From positions 10,287 to 74,286 of the forward strand of contig CAWGVB010000030.1 of assembly GCA_963825815.1 (NCBI GenBank): a stretch of 64,000 nucleotides of DNA, given 5' to 3'. The notes under the pieces are model-generated. The model was not told the origin of the DNA. It saw nothing but the letters and a program-made list of their open reading frames with translations, and made no database searches. The position numbers and the translations under genes are program-made. Below are positions 9,430-19,274 of the stretch, piece after piece (position 1 is the first letter of the stretch; each line of letters begins with the position of its first letter). The stretch is from an uncultured Gemmatimonadales bacterium (GTDB lineage: Bacteria > Gemmatimonadota > Gemmatimonadetes > Gemmatimonadales > GWC2-71-9).

Positions 9430-11176
9430 CGGTCGTCGTCGCCGGCCAGGGCTCGCCGCTTGAAGGGAACGATCGCCGCCACGGCAACGGTCGCCCTGCC
9501 CGTCTGGCGTCGCGCCGGAAGACGATCTGCTCGCTCGTCGTACAGTCCCCAGTCGCGGGAAGCGATAGACGTCGCGCGACACCCGCTCGAGCGGATACTC
9601 GAAGAACCACTCGATCAGCGCGTTGAGCTTGCCGTCCTTCTCGCGGATGTACAGCACGTCGTGGTCCCAGCCGTACTCGCCGATGAGCCCGGCGAATTCG
9701 TCGCGCGGCCGCCGCCGGCTTCGGCTCGCGCCATGGCCACGTTCTCGGATCCCGGCGTGGGAAGCCGCTTCAGCGTGTCCTTGCCGACGGCGATCCGTCC
9801 GGGCGCAGCGGGACAATGCCTGCCGTGCTGACTCGAGCTGGTCGGCGAGCGACCACGGCCTGCAGTCCGAGCCGGCCACCGCAGCTCGACGCGCATGCCT
9901 CCCTGCACCGGCGTCAGGTAGAGTCTGCCTTCGTACTCCTCCAGGTCCACGCCGGTGTCGCCCTTCGCGTACCGGCCCATGAGCGCGATGGCCTGCGACC
10001 GGGTCAGCGGAGCCGGAGTGGGACGGTGGGAAGCGGCTTCGCCCGCGCGGGCCGCCAGCAGCATGCGGAGCGCCGCGTCGGCGATGGCATCGGTCACCGG
10101 CATTGACCACGTCGAGCGTCGCGACCACGACCACGCCGAGCGAATCGTCGGGCAGCGCCCGAGCGAGGTGGCGAAGCCGTAAATGGCGCCGCCGTGTCCG
10201 ACGGTGCGATGGCCGTCCAGCGTATCGATACCGAAGCCGATGCCGAACCCGGTGGTGGCACCGGCGTCGGCGAACTGCGGAGTCCACATCGAGTCCAGCG
10301 TGGCCCGGGCCAGGAGTCGCTTGCCGCCGGGGAGCGCGCCGCCGGCGAACAGGACCGACATGAAGCGGCCGAGGTCGAGGACGGTGGTGTAGAGGCTGCC
10401 GGCCGGACCTATGCCGAGCTGGAACGTCGGCGCCTCGAAGCGTCGGCCGTCGAGCGGTCCACATGTAGCCCTTGGCCAGGCCGGCCCGGACCTCGGCAGT
10501 CGGCTGGAAGGCGCTGGCCCGCATGCCGAGCGGCTCGAGCACCGCGTGCTGGAGGTAGGGATAGAAGGACTCACCCTGGGTCCGCTCCAGCACGTAGCCC
10601 AGCACCGCGATGCCGGCGTTGGAGTACTTGGTCTGCGTGCCCGGTTGATAGATCAGGCTGGTCCGATTGAGGCTGGCGACGGTGGCCGCGAGCGTCGGCT
10701 CGGTGTCGTCGAAGTAGTGGCCGACCGGCGGCTCCCGGGTGAGGCCGGAGCGATGGGAGGTGAGCTGCCGGAGCGTGATCTCCCCGCCGAACGGATTTCG
10801 GGGATGGAAGTCGGGGAGATAGCGGGTAACCGGAGCGTCGAGGCTCAGCTTGCCCCGCTCGACCAGCTGCATCACCGCGATGTCGGTGAAGAGCTTGGAG
10901 ACCGATCCCACGCGATACACCGTGGCCGCGGTGGCGGGAACTCCGGCGGCGGAGTCGGCCCAGCCGAATCCGCGGGCCCACACCACTCGGCTGCCGTCCA
11001 CCAGCGCCACCGAGACGGCGGGAATCCCGTGCTCCGCCCGCTGCTGCTCTATCACCGCGGTGAGCGCCCGGGCCACGCTCCTGATAGCGAGGGTCCGGCT
11101 CCACGGTGGCCTGGGCCCCGGCGGCGCGGGGAAGCAGACCGGCCAGGATGGCCGCGAGTGCCAGCAGTGTATACAT
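9430..11176 (-). pseudogene. Serine hydrolase, beta-lactamase/D-peptidase fold, with extra C-terminal domain; about 6 frame changes
   Basis: ORFs 10571..11389, 9118..11076, 9615..10574 and 9425..9610. Sequence: MYTLLALAAILAGLLPRAAGAQA...EQQRAEHGIPAVSVALVDGSRVVWARGFGWADSAAGVPATAATVYRVGSVSKLFTDIAVMQLVERGKLSLDAPVTRYLPDF...YSNAGIAVLGYVLERTQGESFYPYLQHAVLEPLGM...HGGAIYGFAT...EYGWDHDVLYIREKDGKLNALIEWFFEYPLERVSRDVYRFP. The start ATG (11176-11174) lies inside the TGTATACA palindrome. An alternative ATG at 11230 would overlap the divergent gene. Confidence 0.8.
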
Positions 11177-11177
11177 T
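11166..11177. promoter_or_regulatory. Candidate GntR-type operator, core TGTATACA (11168-11175), in the 34-bp divergent spacer
   Basis: AGTGTATACATT is seen directly. It overlaps the start codon of the minus-strand hydrolase and lies 36 nt upstream of the plus-strand hydrolase ATG (11211). Confidence 0.45.
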
Positions 11178-11210
11178 CTCGGATACACTTTACGCGGGCG
11201 GCCGCCGGAT

Positions 11211-12946
11211 ATGAACTGCAGATATGCCATCTTCACTCTCGTGCTGGTTGGGTTCGCCTCTGCCAGCGGTGTCCTCGAGGCCCAGAGCGCGGTGCCGGAC
11301 AGCGTGGCCCGCCGGATCGATGCGGTCTTCACCAAGTTCGGCCCGGATTCGCCCGGCTGTGCTCTGGGCGTGTACCGCGACGGCCGCATCGTCTACGACC
11401 GGGGCTACGGCAGCGCCGACCTCGAGCGGAAGGTGCCGCTCTCGCCGGCCTCGGTGCTCGACATCGGCTCGACCTCGAAGCAGTTCACCGCGATGAGCAT
11501 TCTGCTCCTGCAACAGGACGGCAAGCTCAGCCTGAACGACGACATCCGCACCTACCTCCCCGAGCTGCCGGACTACGGTACCCGGATCACCATCGGGGAC
11601 ATGCTGCACCACATCAGCGGCCTGAGGGACTACACCACGCTACTGGTGCTGGCCGGAAATCCCACGGAGAACTGGACCACCGACCAGGACGCCCTCGACA
11701 TCCTGGCTCGGCAGCGGGGGCTCAACTTCAAGCCCGGCAGCGAATGGCAGTACAGCAACTCGGGCTTCTTCCTGCTCTCGATCATCGTGAAGCGGGTGAG
11801 CGGGCAGTCGATCCGCCGCTTTGCCCAGAGCCGGATCTTCGGGCCGCTGGGCATGACCCACACCCACATCCACGACGACCATACGATGGTGGTTCCCAAC
11901 CGCGCCATCGGCTACATCCCGAGCGACAGCGGTGGACCCTTCCGGATCGAGATGTCGGACTGGGAGCAGGCCGGTGACGGCTCGGTGCTCACGACGGTGG
12001 AAGACCTGGTCAAGTGGGACGAGAACTTCTACACCGGTCGGGTGGGCGGTCCGAGCGTGCTGGCTGAAATGGTGAAACCGGGTAAGCTCGCAACCGGGAA
12101 GGTGCTGGACTACGCCTCCGGTCTCTTCCTGGGCGAGTACCGCGGACTCAAGATCGTGGAGCACGGCGGCGCCTGGGCCGGCTACCGGGCTCAGCTCATG
12201 CGGTTTCCCACCGAGCACGTCTCGGTGGCCTGCCTCTGCAATCTGGGGACCGCCGGACCCACCGAACTGGTGCAGCGGGTGGCGGACGTCTACCTGGCCG
12301 ACCGGCTCCAGCCTGCGCCGAAACAGGCGGCGACGGCCTCGGACACCGTAGCCGGCGCCGGCTCGCCCGTCCTGCCGCCCGAGCGGCTGCAGGACGCGGT
12401 GGGCACCTATCGCAATGCCAAGCTGGGCGAGGTGGGGCGCATCGCCCTGCTCGACGGGCAAGCTCACCCTCAAGTACGGCGGCGGGTCCTTCGCGTTGCA
12501 GCCGGTCAGCGCCACCGAGTTCCGTCTGGCCGATCTCGACGTCCGCCTCCGGTTCAACCCCGCGCAGGGCGGCCGTCCGCGCAGCATCCAGCTCATCGGC
12601 GCGGGACTCGACCAGCCGGTACTCGAGGCAGTGCCTCCGTTCCATCCTTCCGCCGAGGCTCTGCGCGAGTTTGCGGGCGAGTATTTCAGCCCCGAGCTGG
12701 CGAGTACCTACGGGGTGGCTCTGGAGAAACAGGCGCTGGTGCTCCATGCCCGCAATCTTCCGGCGACTCCGCTCGAGCCCACCATCCGGGACGAGTTCGA
12801 ATACGCCGAGCATGGGGCTGACCCTGCACTTCACCCGCACCGGTGGGAAGGTCAGCGGCTTCACGCTGGCCTCGGGCAGAACTCAGGGCATTCGCTTCGA
12901 GCGGCGGCAGGCTACCAGCTCCCTCTCTCGCCCGCCCGGCCGATGA
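11211..12946 (+). pseudogene. Serine hydrolase, beta-lactamase/D-peptidase fold; 2 frame changes
   Basis: ORFs 11106..12821, 12415..13092 and 12671..12946. Sequence: MNCRYAIFTLVLVGFASASGVLEAQS...GCALGVYRDGRIVYDRGYGSADLERKVPLSPASVLDIGSTSKQFTAMSILLLQQDGKLSLNDDIRTYLPEL...YSNSGFFLLSIIVKRVSGQSIRRFAQSRIFGPLGM...HGGAWAGYRAQLMRFP. S-x-x-K motif = STSK. Confidence 0.85.
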
Positions 12947-13660
12947 CCCGCTCGAGCCGCTCGGCGGCGTTGCGCCAGTTGGTCTGCACCGCGCGCTGGG
13001 CGACATCGGCGTTCCCCTTGTCGATGGCGGCGACGATCGCGTCGTGCTCGGCGGCGGAGGTCCTGAGATCGCTCACCAGCAGGCTGAGGTAGAGCCGCTC
13101 GTAGCGCTCCGCCTGGGGCTTGATCGTGGTGTGAAGGGCCAGCAGGCGGCGTCCGGCGCCGGCGTCGACGTAGGTGCGGTGAAAGGTGCTGTCGAGGTCG
13201 TGCAGCCGATTGTAGTCGGGCCGGCGCACGTCGGCCTCGCGGCGGAAGTCGGCGTTGATGGCGCGGAGCGAGCGGGCCAACGCCGCCGCTCGGTCCGAGG
13301 AAGCATCGCGGCCCACCGCGCCGGCCAATCCCTCGATCTCCGCCACGATATGGAACACCTCGCGGGCATCGTCGCTGGTGAGCGGGGCCACCGTCGGGCG
13401 GGCCAGCCGGCCCCCCGAGGGGTCCACGATGTAGCCCTCCTGCTGCAGCCGCTGCAGGGCTCCCCGCACCGGGGTGCGGCTCACGCCCGAGCCGGGCGGC
13501 GACATCGCTCTCGACGATCCGGCTACCGGGCGCCATCACGCCGTGGACGATGAGGTGCCGGAGCCGCTCGTACACCACCAGCGGACGCTCGCCCCGGACC
13601 ATCTCTGCCGCGCGGCGGGGCCGGGAGTTCCGGGGCGACGCAGGAGCTTTCACGGGCCAT
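12912..13660 (-). pseudogene. GntR-family transcriptional regulator (FadR/FCD-type C-terminal domain); about 2 frame changes
   Basis: ORFs 12912..13505, 12883..14271 (part) and 13523..13774. Sequence: RPLVVYERLRHLIVHGVMAPGSRIVESDVAARLG / VSRTPVRGALQRLQQEGYIV (winged HTH), then ...FHIVAEIEGLAGAVG...LHDLDSTFHRTYVDAGAGRRLLALHTTIKPQAERYERLYL...EHDAIVAAIDKGNADVAQRAVQTNW. The 3' end overlaps the convergent hydrolase by about 35 nt. Confidence 0.8.
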
Positions 13661-13788
13661 GCCGTCTCCGAGCTGGATGAGTTGGGCAACGATACTACTC
13701 CCGGGAGAGGATTGTCGAGCGGCGGCCGGCGGTTTCCGCGAGGACGTCTTGCGCAATCCCGTCGCGGCATCCATTGTTGTGCCGTGAA

Positions 13789-13800
13789 ACTGTATACAGT
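13789..13800. promoter_or_regulatory. Candidate GntR autoregulatory/SusC operator: perfect 12-nt palindrome ACTGTATACAGT
   Basis: Seen directly at 13789-13800, in the divergent spacer between gntR (-) and the SusC-like receptor (+). Confidence 0.5.
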
Positions 13801-13869
13801 GAAGCTATGCCGGCTCCATCCGTTCGCAAGACACTGTTCACCGCCCACGACCTCCCGCGGAATCGGACC

Positions 13870-16851
13870 ATGGCCAAGCATCCTGCCTCGCACGCCGTCT
13901 TTCTGCTCGGCATCCTCCTGCTCGGACCGACCGGTCTGGCCCGAGCCCAGGACTCGGTGCTGGCCGGCGTCGTCCTCAGCGCCACCAGCTCCCTGCCCCT
14001 GGAAGGCGCCCGGCTGACCATCGACGGCAGCCCGCTGATCCAGACCACCGACGCCAACGGCGATTTCGATTTGCCGGCGTCGCGGCACCCCAGGTGACGC
14101 TGCGGGTCGTCCGGGTCGGCTATCAGCCCGCGACCGTCGGTGGCGCCGGGCGGGCGACACCGACATCCAGATCCGGCTCCGGGAGGCGGCGGTCCAGCTG
14201 GACGAGATCGTGGTGACCGGCCAGGCGGAGGGGACCGAGCGCCGGGCGGTGGGCAACTCGATCGTGACCATCGATGCCCCGGCGGCGCTGGAGCTGTCCG
14301 GCGCGGAGCGACGTCACCCGGCTGCATCAACGGGCGAGCTCCCGGCGTCACCGTCGTACCGAACTCGGGTCGAATCGGGCGCCGGCCCCAGCCATCACCG
14401 TGCGCGGCCTCGGGTCGCTCTCGCTCAACACCCAGCCGCTGGTCTACATCGACGGCGTGCGGGTCAACAACGACGTGAGCAGCGGCCCGCAGTCGCCGCC
14501 GGCGGCCTGGTGGTCTCCCGGCTCAACGACATCGCCCCGGAAGACATCGAGAGCATGGAGATCATCAAGGGCCCCGCCGCCGCGACGCTCTACGGGACCG
14601 AGGCCTCCAACGGCGTCATCCAGATCATCACCAAGAAGGGCCGGGCCGGCAGCCAGTCCCCAGATCAGCTTCACCATCCGGCAGGGCACCAACTGGTTCC
14701 AGAACCCCGAGGGCCGGATCCCGACGAACTTCGGCCTCGATCCGGTGACCGGCGCCGTCGTGTCCCAGAACCTGGTGCAGCAGGAGAGCGACCGGGGCAC
14801 GCCGATCTGGAAGAACGGCTACAGCGGGAGCTACAGCCTCTCGGCCACGCGGCGGCTCCAACGCGGTGCAGTACTATCTCTCGGGCAACTACGATGACGA
14901 CCACGGCATCGACCCGACCAACAAGGCCCGCCGGTTTGCCGGGCACGCCAATCTTTCGTTTCCGATCAGCCAGAAGCTCGACGTCAGCACCAGCTTCAAC
15001 TACGTAAAGGCGAAGTACCACCTGGGCGTCGACTACGGCGACGGCGTCCTGTTCAATACCCTGTACGGCCTGCCGATCCTGCCAGGTCACGCCCACTCGC
15101 GGGTTCCTGCAGACCCCGCCCGAAGCGTTCTACTCCGGCGTGTTCGACAACACCCAGGATCTCGCCCGCTTCACCGGCAGCGTCACCGCGAATCATCGTC
15201 CGTCGCAGCTGGTTCAGTCACCGGCTGACCCTGGGATTCGACCAGACCGGCGAGGACAACCAGGCGCTGACCCAGTTCATGCCTCCGGACGTGGCGCAGT
15301 TCTACGATCCGATCATCGGCCCGCGGGCCAGATCACGCTCAACCGCCAGGACATCTCGTTCTACACCGCGGATTACACCGCCACCGGCCGCTTCAACCTG
15401 TCCTCCAAGATCAGCTCCGCGACCTCGGTCGGCGCCCAGTACTACCAGCGGCGGGTCGACTCGATCTCGGCGTGACAGGGACAGCAGTTCCCTGCCCCGG
15501 GGTTCGTGACCGGCAACTCCACCGCGACCATTGCTCTCGGCAGCCAGGAGTTCGTCACCAACAAGACGATCGGCCTCTTTGCCCAGCAGCAGTTCGGGCT
15601 CAGTGACCGGGCTCTTCCTCACCGGCGCGGTCCGGGTCGACAACAACAGCGCCTTCGGCGACAACTTCGATTTCGCCAGCTATCCCAAGGTGAGCGGCAC
15701 CTGGGTGGTGAGCGAGGAGGCGTTCTGGGGGCTCGGACTTCGTCAACGCGCTCAAGCTGCGGGCGGCGTACGGCGCCTCGGGCGAGCAGCCCCAGACCTT
15801 CGCCGCCCTCCGGACCTACCAGCCGAGCACCGGGCCGAACGACGAGCCGACCGTGACGCCGCAGTTCGTCGGCAATCCCGACCTCAAGCCGGAGCGGGGA
15901 GAGGAGGTCGAGCTGGGCTTCGAGGCCGGTCTCTTCAACCGCGTCGGCATCGACTTCACCGTGTACTCCAAGCAGACCAAGGACGCGATCCTGCTGCGGG
16001 GCACCCCACCGTCCGGCGGATTTCCCGGAGAGCAGTTCGTCAACATCGGCCAGGTGAGCAACAAGGGCATCGAGCTGCAGGTGAACGCCCAGGCGATCAC
16101 CAAGCCGAATTTCAGCTGGGACCTGGGGTTCAACGTGGCGACCGCCTCCAACTAGATCGTGGATCTGGGCGGAATTCCCAGCATCAGCACGTTCCCGCCC
16201 CAGAGCAGCGTGGAAGGCTTTCCCATCGCCTCGTACTTCATCAAGAAGGTGGTGAGCGCCACGGCGGATCCCGACGGGACGCTGACCAGCGCGCTCTGCG
16301 ACGGCGGGCCGGGGCAGGCTCCGGTCGACTGCTCGGCGGCGCCGCTGGTGTTCGCGGGCACGCCGATCCCCAAGGTCGCCGGCGCCTTCACCACCACGCT
16401 GACCCTGTTCCGCAACCTCCGGCTCTATGGCCTGGTGGACTTCAAGCAGGGGCACAAGCGCTTCAATACCGACAAGTGGATCCGGTGCGACGTCTTTGCC
16501 AACTGCGAGGAGGCGGTGACGCCGGCGGGCCGCGATCCCCTGCTGCTGGCCGACATGGCACTGGGCGCCGATCTGCAGACGATCAACTCGTTCATCGAGG
16601 ACGCCGGTTTCTTCAAGCTGCGGGAGATCTCGGCCAGCTACACCCTGCCGGATCGTTGGGCCGCAGCGATCGGGGCCCAGCGCGCGGTCGTCACCGCCAC
16701 CGGACGTAACCTGCACACCTGGACCAGCTATACCGGGCTCGACCCGGACCGGCAGAGCCCCCAGGGACAGGCGGCCCCGCTCGACTTCTTTGATCAGGCG
16801 GTGACGCCACCGCTGGCCCAGTTCCTGATGACCATCAGCCTCAACTTCTAG
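13870..16851 (+). pseudogene. SusC/RagA-type TonB-dependent outer-membrane receptor; about 10 frame changes plus two in-frame stops
   Basis: Fragments come from 13774..14097, 14210..15007, 14274..14897, 14866..15228, 15140..15475, 15506..15856, 15853..16155 and 16159..16851. Features in order: MAKHPASHAVFLLGILLLGPTGLARAQDSVLAGVV (signal + CarboxypepD_reg-like region), [24 protein letters not shown] (plug), [74 protein letters not shown], and C-terminal ...LMTISLNF. In-frame TGA at 15473-15475 and TAG at 16153-16155. An alternative start is ATG 13807. Confidence 0.85.
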
Positions 16852-16876
16852 CGCGCGGCGAACGGAGAAGACGACC

Positions 16877-18209
16877 ATGAGACAGAAATCGTCAGCGTGG
16901 CTGGACTGGTTCCTGGGTGTGGCCTGTGCCGGCATGCTCTGCCTGATTCTCGCCGCCTGTCACGACATCACGTCGCTGGAGCAGGAGTCGCCCAGCCGGG
17001 TCAAGGCCAGCGATCTGGAGAAACCGGAGAACGCAACGCTGCTGGTAAAAAGCGCGGTGGGCGACTTCGAGTGCGCCCTGAACGACTACATCGTGGCCGC
17101 GGGCGCGGTGAGCGACGAGCTGGCCAACGCCAATCTGGGGAACATCCTCTGGGACTTCGACCGGCGCACCATCGTTCCGACCCTCACCAACTACTCGACC
17201 GATACCTGCGACGACGGCAATCCCACCGTCTACACCGTGCTGTCCATCGCGCGCTACGACGCCGACAAGGCGCTCCAGCTGCTCGACGGCTGGACCGACG
17301 AGCAGGTGCCGGACCGGACCGCGCTGATCAGCGTCGCCGCCACCTATGCCGGGTACAGCCTGGTGCTCCTGGGCGAAGGCATGTGCTCGGCGGCGCTCGA
17401 TGTCGGCCCGGAGCTGACGCCCGGCACAGATCCTGACCGAGGCGGAGGCGCGATTCACCCGGGCGATCGACGCGGCAACGGCAGCGCTCACCACGGCGCA
17501 ACAGCGGATGACAGTCTCAGCCTCAACTCGGGCCTGAACCTGGCCCTGGTCGGCCGAGCCCGAGCGCGCTTGGATCTCGGCAACAAGCCGGGCGCGGGAG
17601 CCGACGCCGCGCTGGTTCCGGCCGGATTCCTGGTAACGGCGACCCGATCCAGCACCAAGACCCAGCGAGAGAACCTGATCTTCACCTCCATGTATCGGGA
17701 TCTCACCTTTACGGTGGACGTTCCCTTCCGGGATCTCACCTTCGGTGGCGTGCCCGATCCCCGGGTGACGGTAACCGATTTGGGCACTACCGGCGCCGAC
17801 AATGCCACCGAGATCTTTGCTCCGGCCAAGTACACCAGCATCGACGCGCCGATCGTGGTCGGCAAATGGGAAGAGGCCCAGCTGATCCTGGCGGAGGCAG
17901 ACCTGGCGGCGGGTGACGTGGGTGGCGCAGTCAGCATCATCAACACGCTGCACACCAATGCCGGACTTCCGGCCTACGGCGGAGGAACTCCGGAGGAAGT
18001 GCTGGCCCAAATCATCGACGAGCGGAGCCGGGAGCTGTTTCTCGAGGGCCAGCGCCTGGGCGACATCATCCGGTACGGGGTGCCGCTCTATCCGGCCCCG
18101 GGTACGCCCTTCGCAGTGGGTGCGGGAACGCTCGGGCGAGTACGGGACGCAGGTGTGCTTCCCCCTTCCGACAGTGGAGCGGAACAACAACCCGAATATC
18201 CCGGATTGA
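16877..18209 (+). pseudogene. SusD/RagB-family outer-membrane lipoprotein; about 3 frame changes (two compensating)
   Basis: ORFs 16877..18358 and 17913..18209. Sequence: MRQKSSAWLDWFLGVACAGMLCLILAACHD (lipobox), ...LLVKSAVGDFECALNDYIVAAGAVSDELAN...YAGYSLVLLGEGMCSAA...WEEAQLILAEADLAAG...IIDERSRELFLEGQRLGDIIRYG...VCFPLPTVERNNNPNIPD (typical SusD C-terminus). A locally shifted stretch near 17420-17500 reads AQILTEAEARFTRAIDAATAAL in another frame. Confidence 0.8.
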
Positions 18210-18428
18210 ACGACGGAAGGACGGAACGGGGGAACGACGGAACGACGGAAGGCGTAGGCAGGAAGCTACTCATCCCGAGGGCGACGGACGATCGAGGGAT
18301 CTACTCCAAGCCTTGCTTCAGGTGGAATGGATCCCTCGCTTCGCTCGGGATGAGGTAGCTCGCTTACAGCCTATCCGTCCGTTCCGTCCTTCCGTCGTTC
18401 CGTCGTTCCCACGTTCCTCCCGTTCAGT
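18209..18428. mobile_element. MITE-like composite palindromic element: 8-nt-periodic outer inverted arms around a REP-like inner palindrome
   Basis: The outer arms share a perfect 23-nt inverted repeat, GGGAACGACGGAACGACGGAAGG (left ~18232-18254; right as its complement within ~18380-18410). The termini are TGAACG...CGTTCA. The inner arms are GCTACTCATCCCGAG...GAGGGATC (18265-18301) and GGATCCCTCGCTTCGCTCGGGATGAGGTAGC (18329-18359). It fills the susD to next-gene spacer and carries no coding capacity for a transposase. Confidence 0.5.
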
Positions 18429-18438
18429 ATCTTCTGGC

Positions 18439-19265
18439 ATGACTTCCCTCGCAGAACGACGGCAGCGCTTTCGCGAGCTGCACCAATCCGGCTGCTTCGT
18501 TATCCCCAACCCCTGGGATATCGGCAGCGCCCGGATCCTCGCCCGGCTCGGCTTCCCCGCCCTCGCCACCACCAGCTCCGGATTCGCCTGGTCGCAGGGA
18601 CGGCGGGACAACCACATCACGCTGGACCAGGCCCTCGCCCACATGCAGGAGATCTCCTCGGCAGTGGATCTTCCGATCAACGCCGACTTCGAGGGCGGGT
18701 TCGCCGTCGAGCCCGAGGACGTCGCGCTCAACGTCTCGGCGGCAACGCAGACCGGGGTCTCCGGGCTCTCGATCGAGGACTCCACCGGCGACTCGGATAA
18801 GCCGCTGTTCGACTTCGAGCTCGCGGTCGAGCGGATCCGGGCCGCGCGCCGGGCATTGACCAGAGCCGCAGCGGGATCCTGCTGGTGGGCCGGTCGGAGG
18901 GATTCATCGTGGGGCGGCCGGATCTCCGGGAGACGATTCGGCGGCTCACGGCGTACGCCGAGGCGGGAGCGGACTGTCTCTATCCGCCGGGGATCCGGAG
19001 TCGAGAGGAGATCTCGGCGGTGGTGAAGGCGGTGTCGCCCAAGCCGGTGAACGTGCTGGTCGGGAGCGACTTCACCACGGTAGAGCAGCTGGCCGAGCTG
19101 GGAGTGCGGCGGATCAGCGTGGGTGGTGCGCTGGCGCGGGCGGCATGGGGCGGGTTCCTCCAGGCGGCCAAGGAAATCGCGAGCGAAGGGAAGTTCACCG
19201 GACTGGCGAAGGCGGCGCCGTGGGATGAGGTGGAAGGATTGTTTGATTGGGCAGCGCGGCGGTGA
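18439..19265 (+). CDS. Isocitrate lyase / PEP mutase-family enzyme (2-methylisocitrate lyase-like); one frame change near 18860-18890
   Basis: ORFs 18313..19026 and 18885..19265. Sequence: MTSLAERRQRFRELHQSGCFVIPNPWDIGSARILARLGFPALATTSSGFAWSQGRRDNHITLDQALAHMQEISSAVDLPINADFEGGFA...GVSGLSIEDSTGD...GRSEGFIVGRPDLRETIRRLTAYAEAGADCLYPPGI...RRISVGGALARAAW. Confidence 0.75.
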
Positions 19266-19274
19266 CAGACGGCC

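Noticed and set aside
11177-11230. Alternative upstream start (ATG 11230, MAYLQFISGGRPRKVYPR...) for the minus-strand hydrolase
   Set aside because: It would make the two divergent genes overlap by 20 nt across both start codons. ATG 11176 gives a normal spacer. It is kept as a possibility because the longer N-terminus supplies the positive charges expected in a signal peptide.
1-12946. The four beta-lactamase-fold genes considered as antibiotic-resistance beta-lactamases
   Set aside because: Their sizes (580-670 aa with extra C-terminal or TM domains) and their genomic context (DdpX, D-aminoacylase, SusCD, GntR) fit D-peptidase/esterase-type serine hydrolases better than class A/C resistance enzymes. 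No claim about resistance can be made from sequence alone.
15473-16155. In-frame TGA (15473-15475) and TAG (16153-16155) in the SusC-like gene considered as selenocysteine/pyrrolysine recoding or an alternative genetic code
   Set aside because: The same gene has ~10 frameshifts. TGA and TAG serve as ordinary stops for the neighbouring intact genes. I noticed no SECIS-like hairpin and no sel/pyl genes. SusC proteins are not known selenoproteins.
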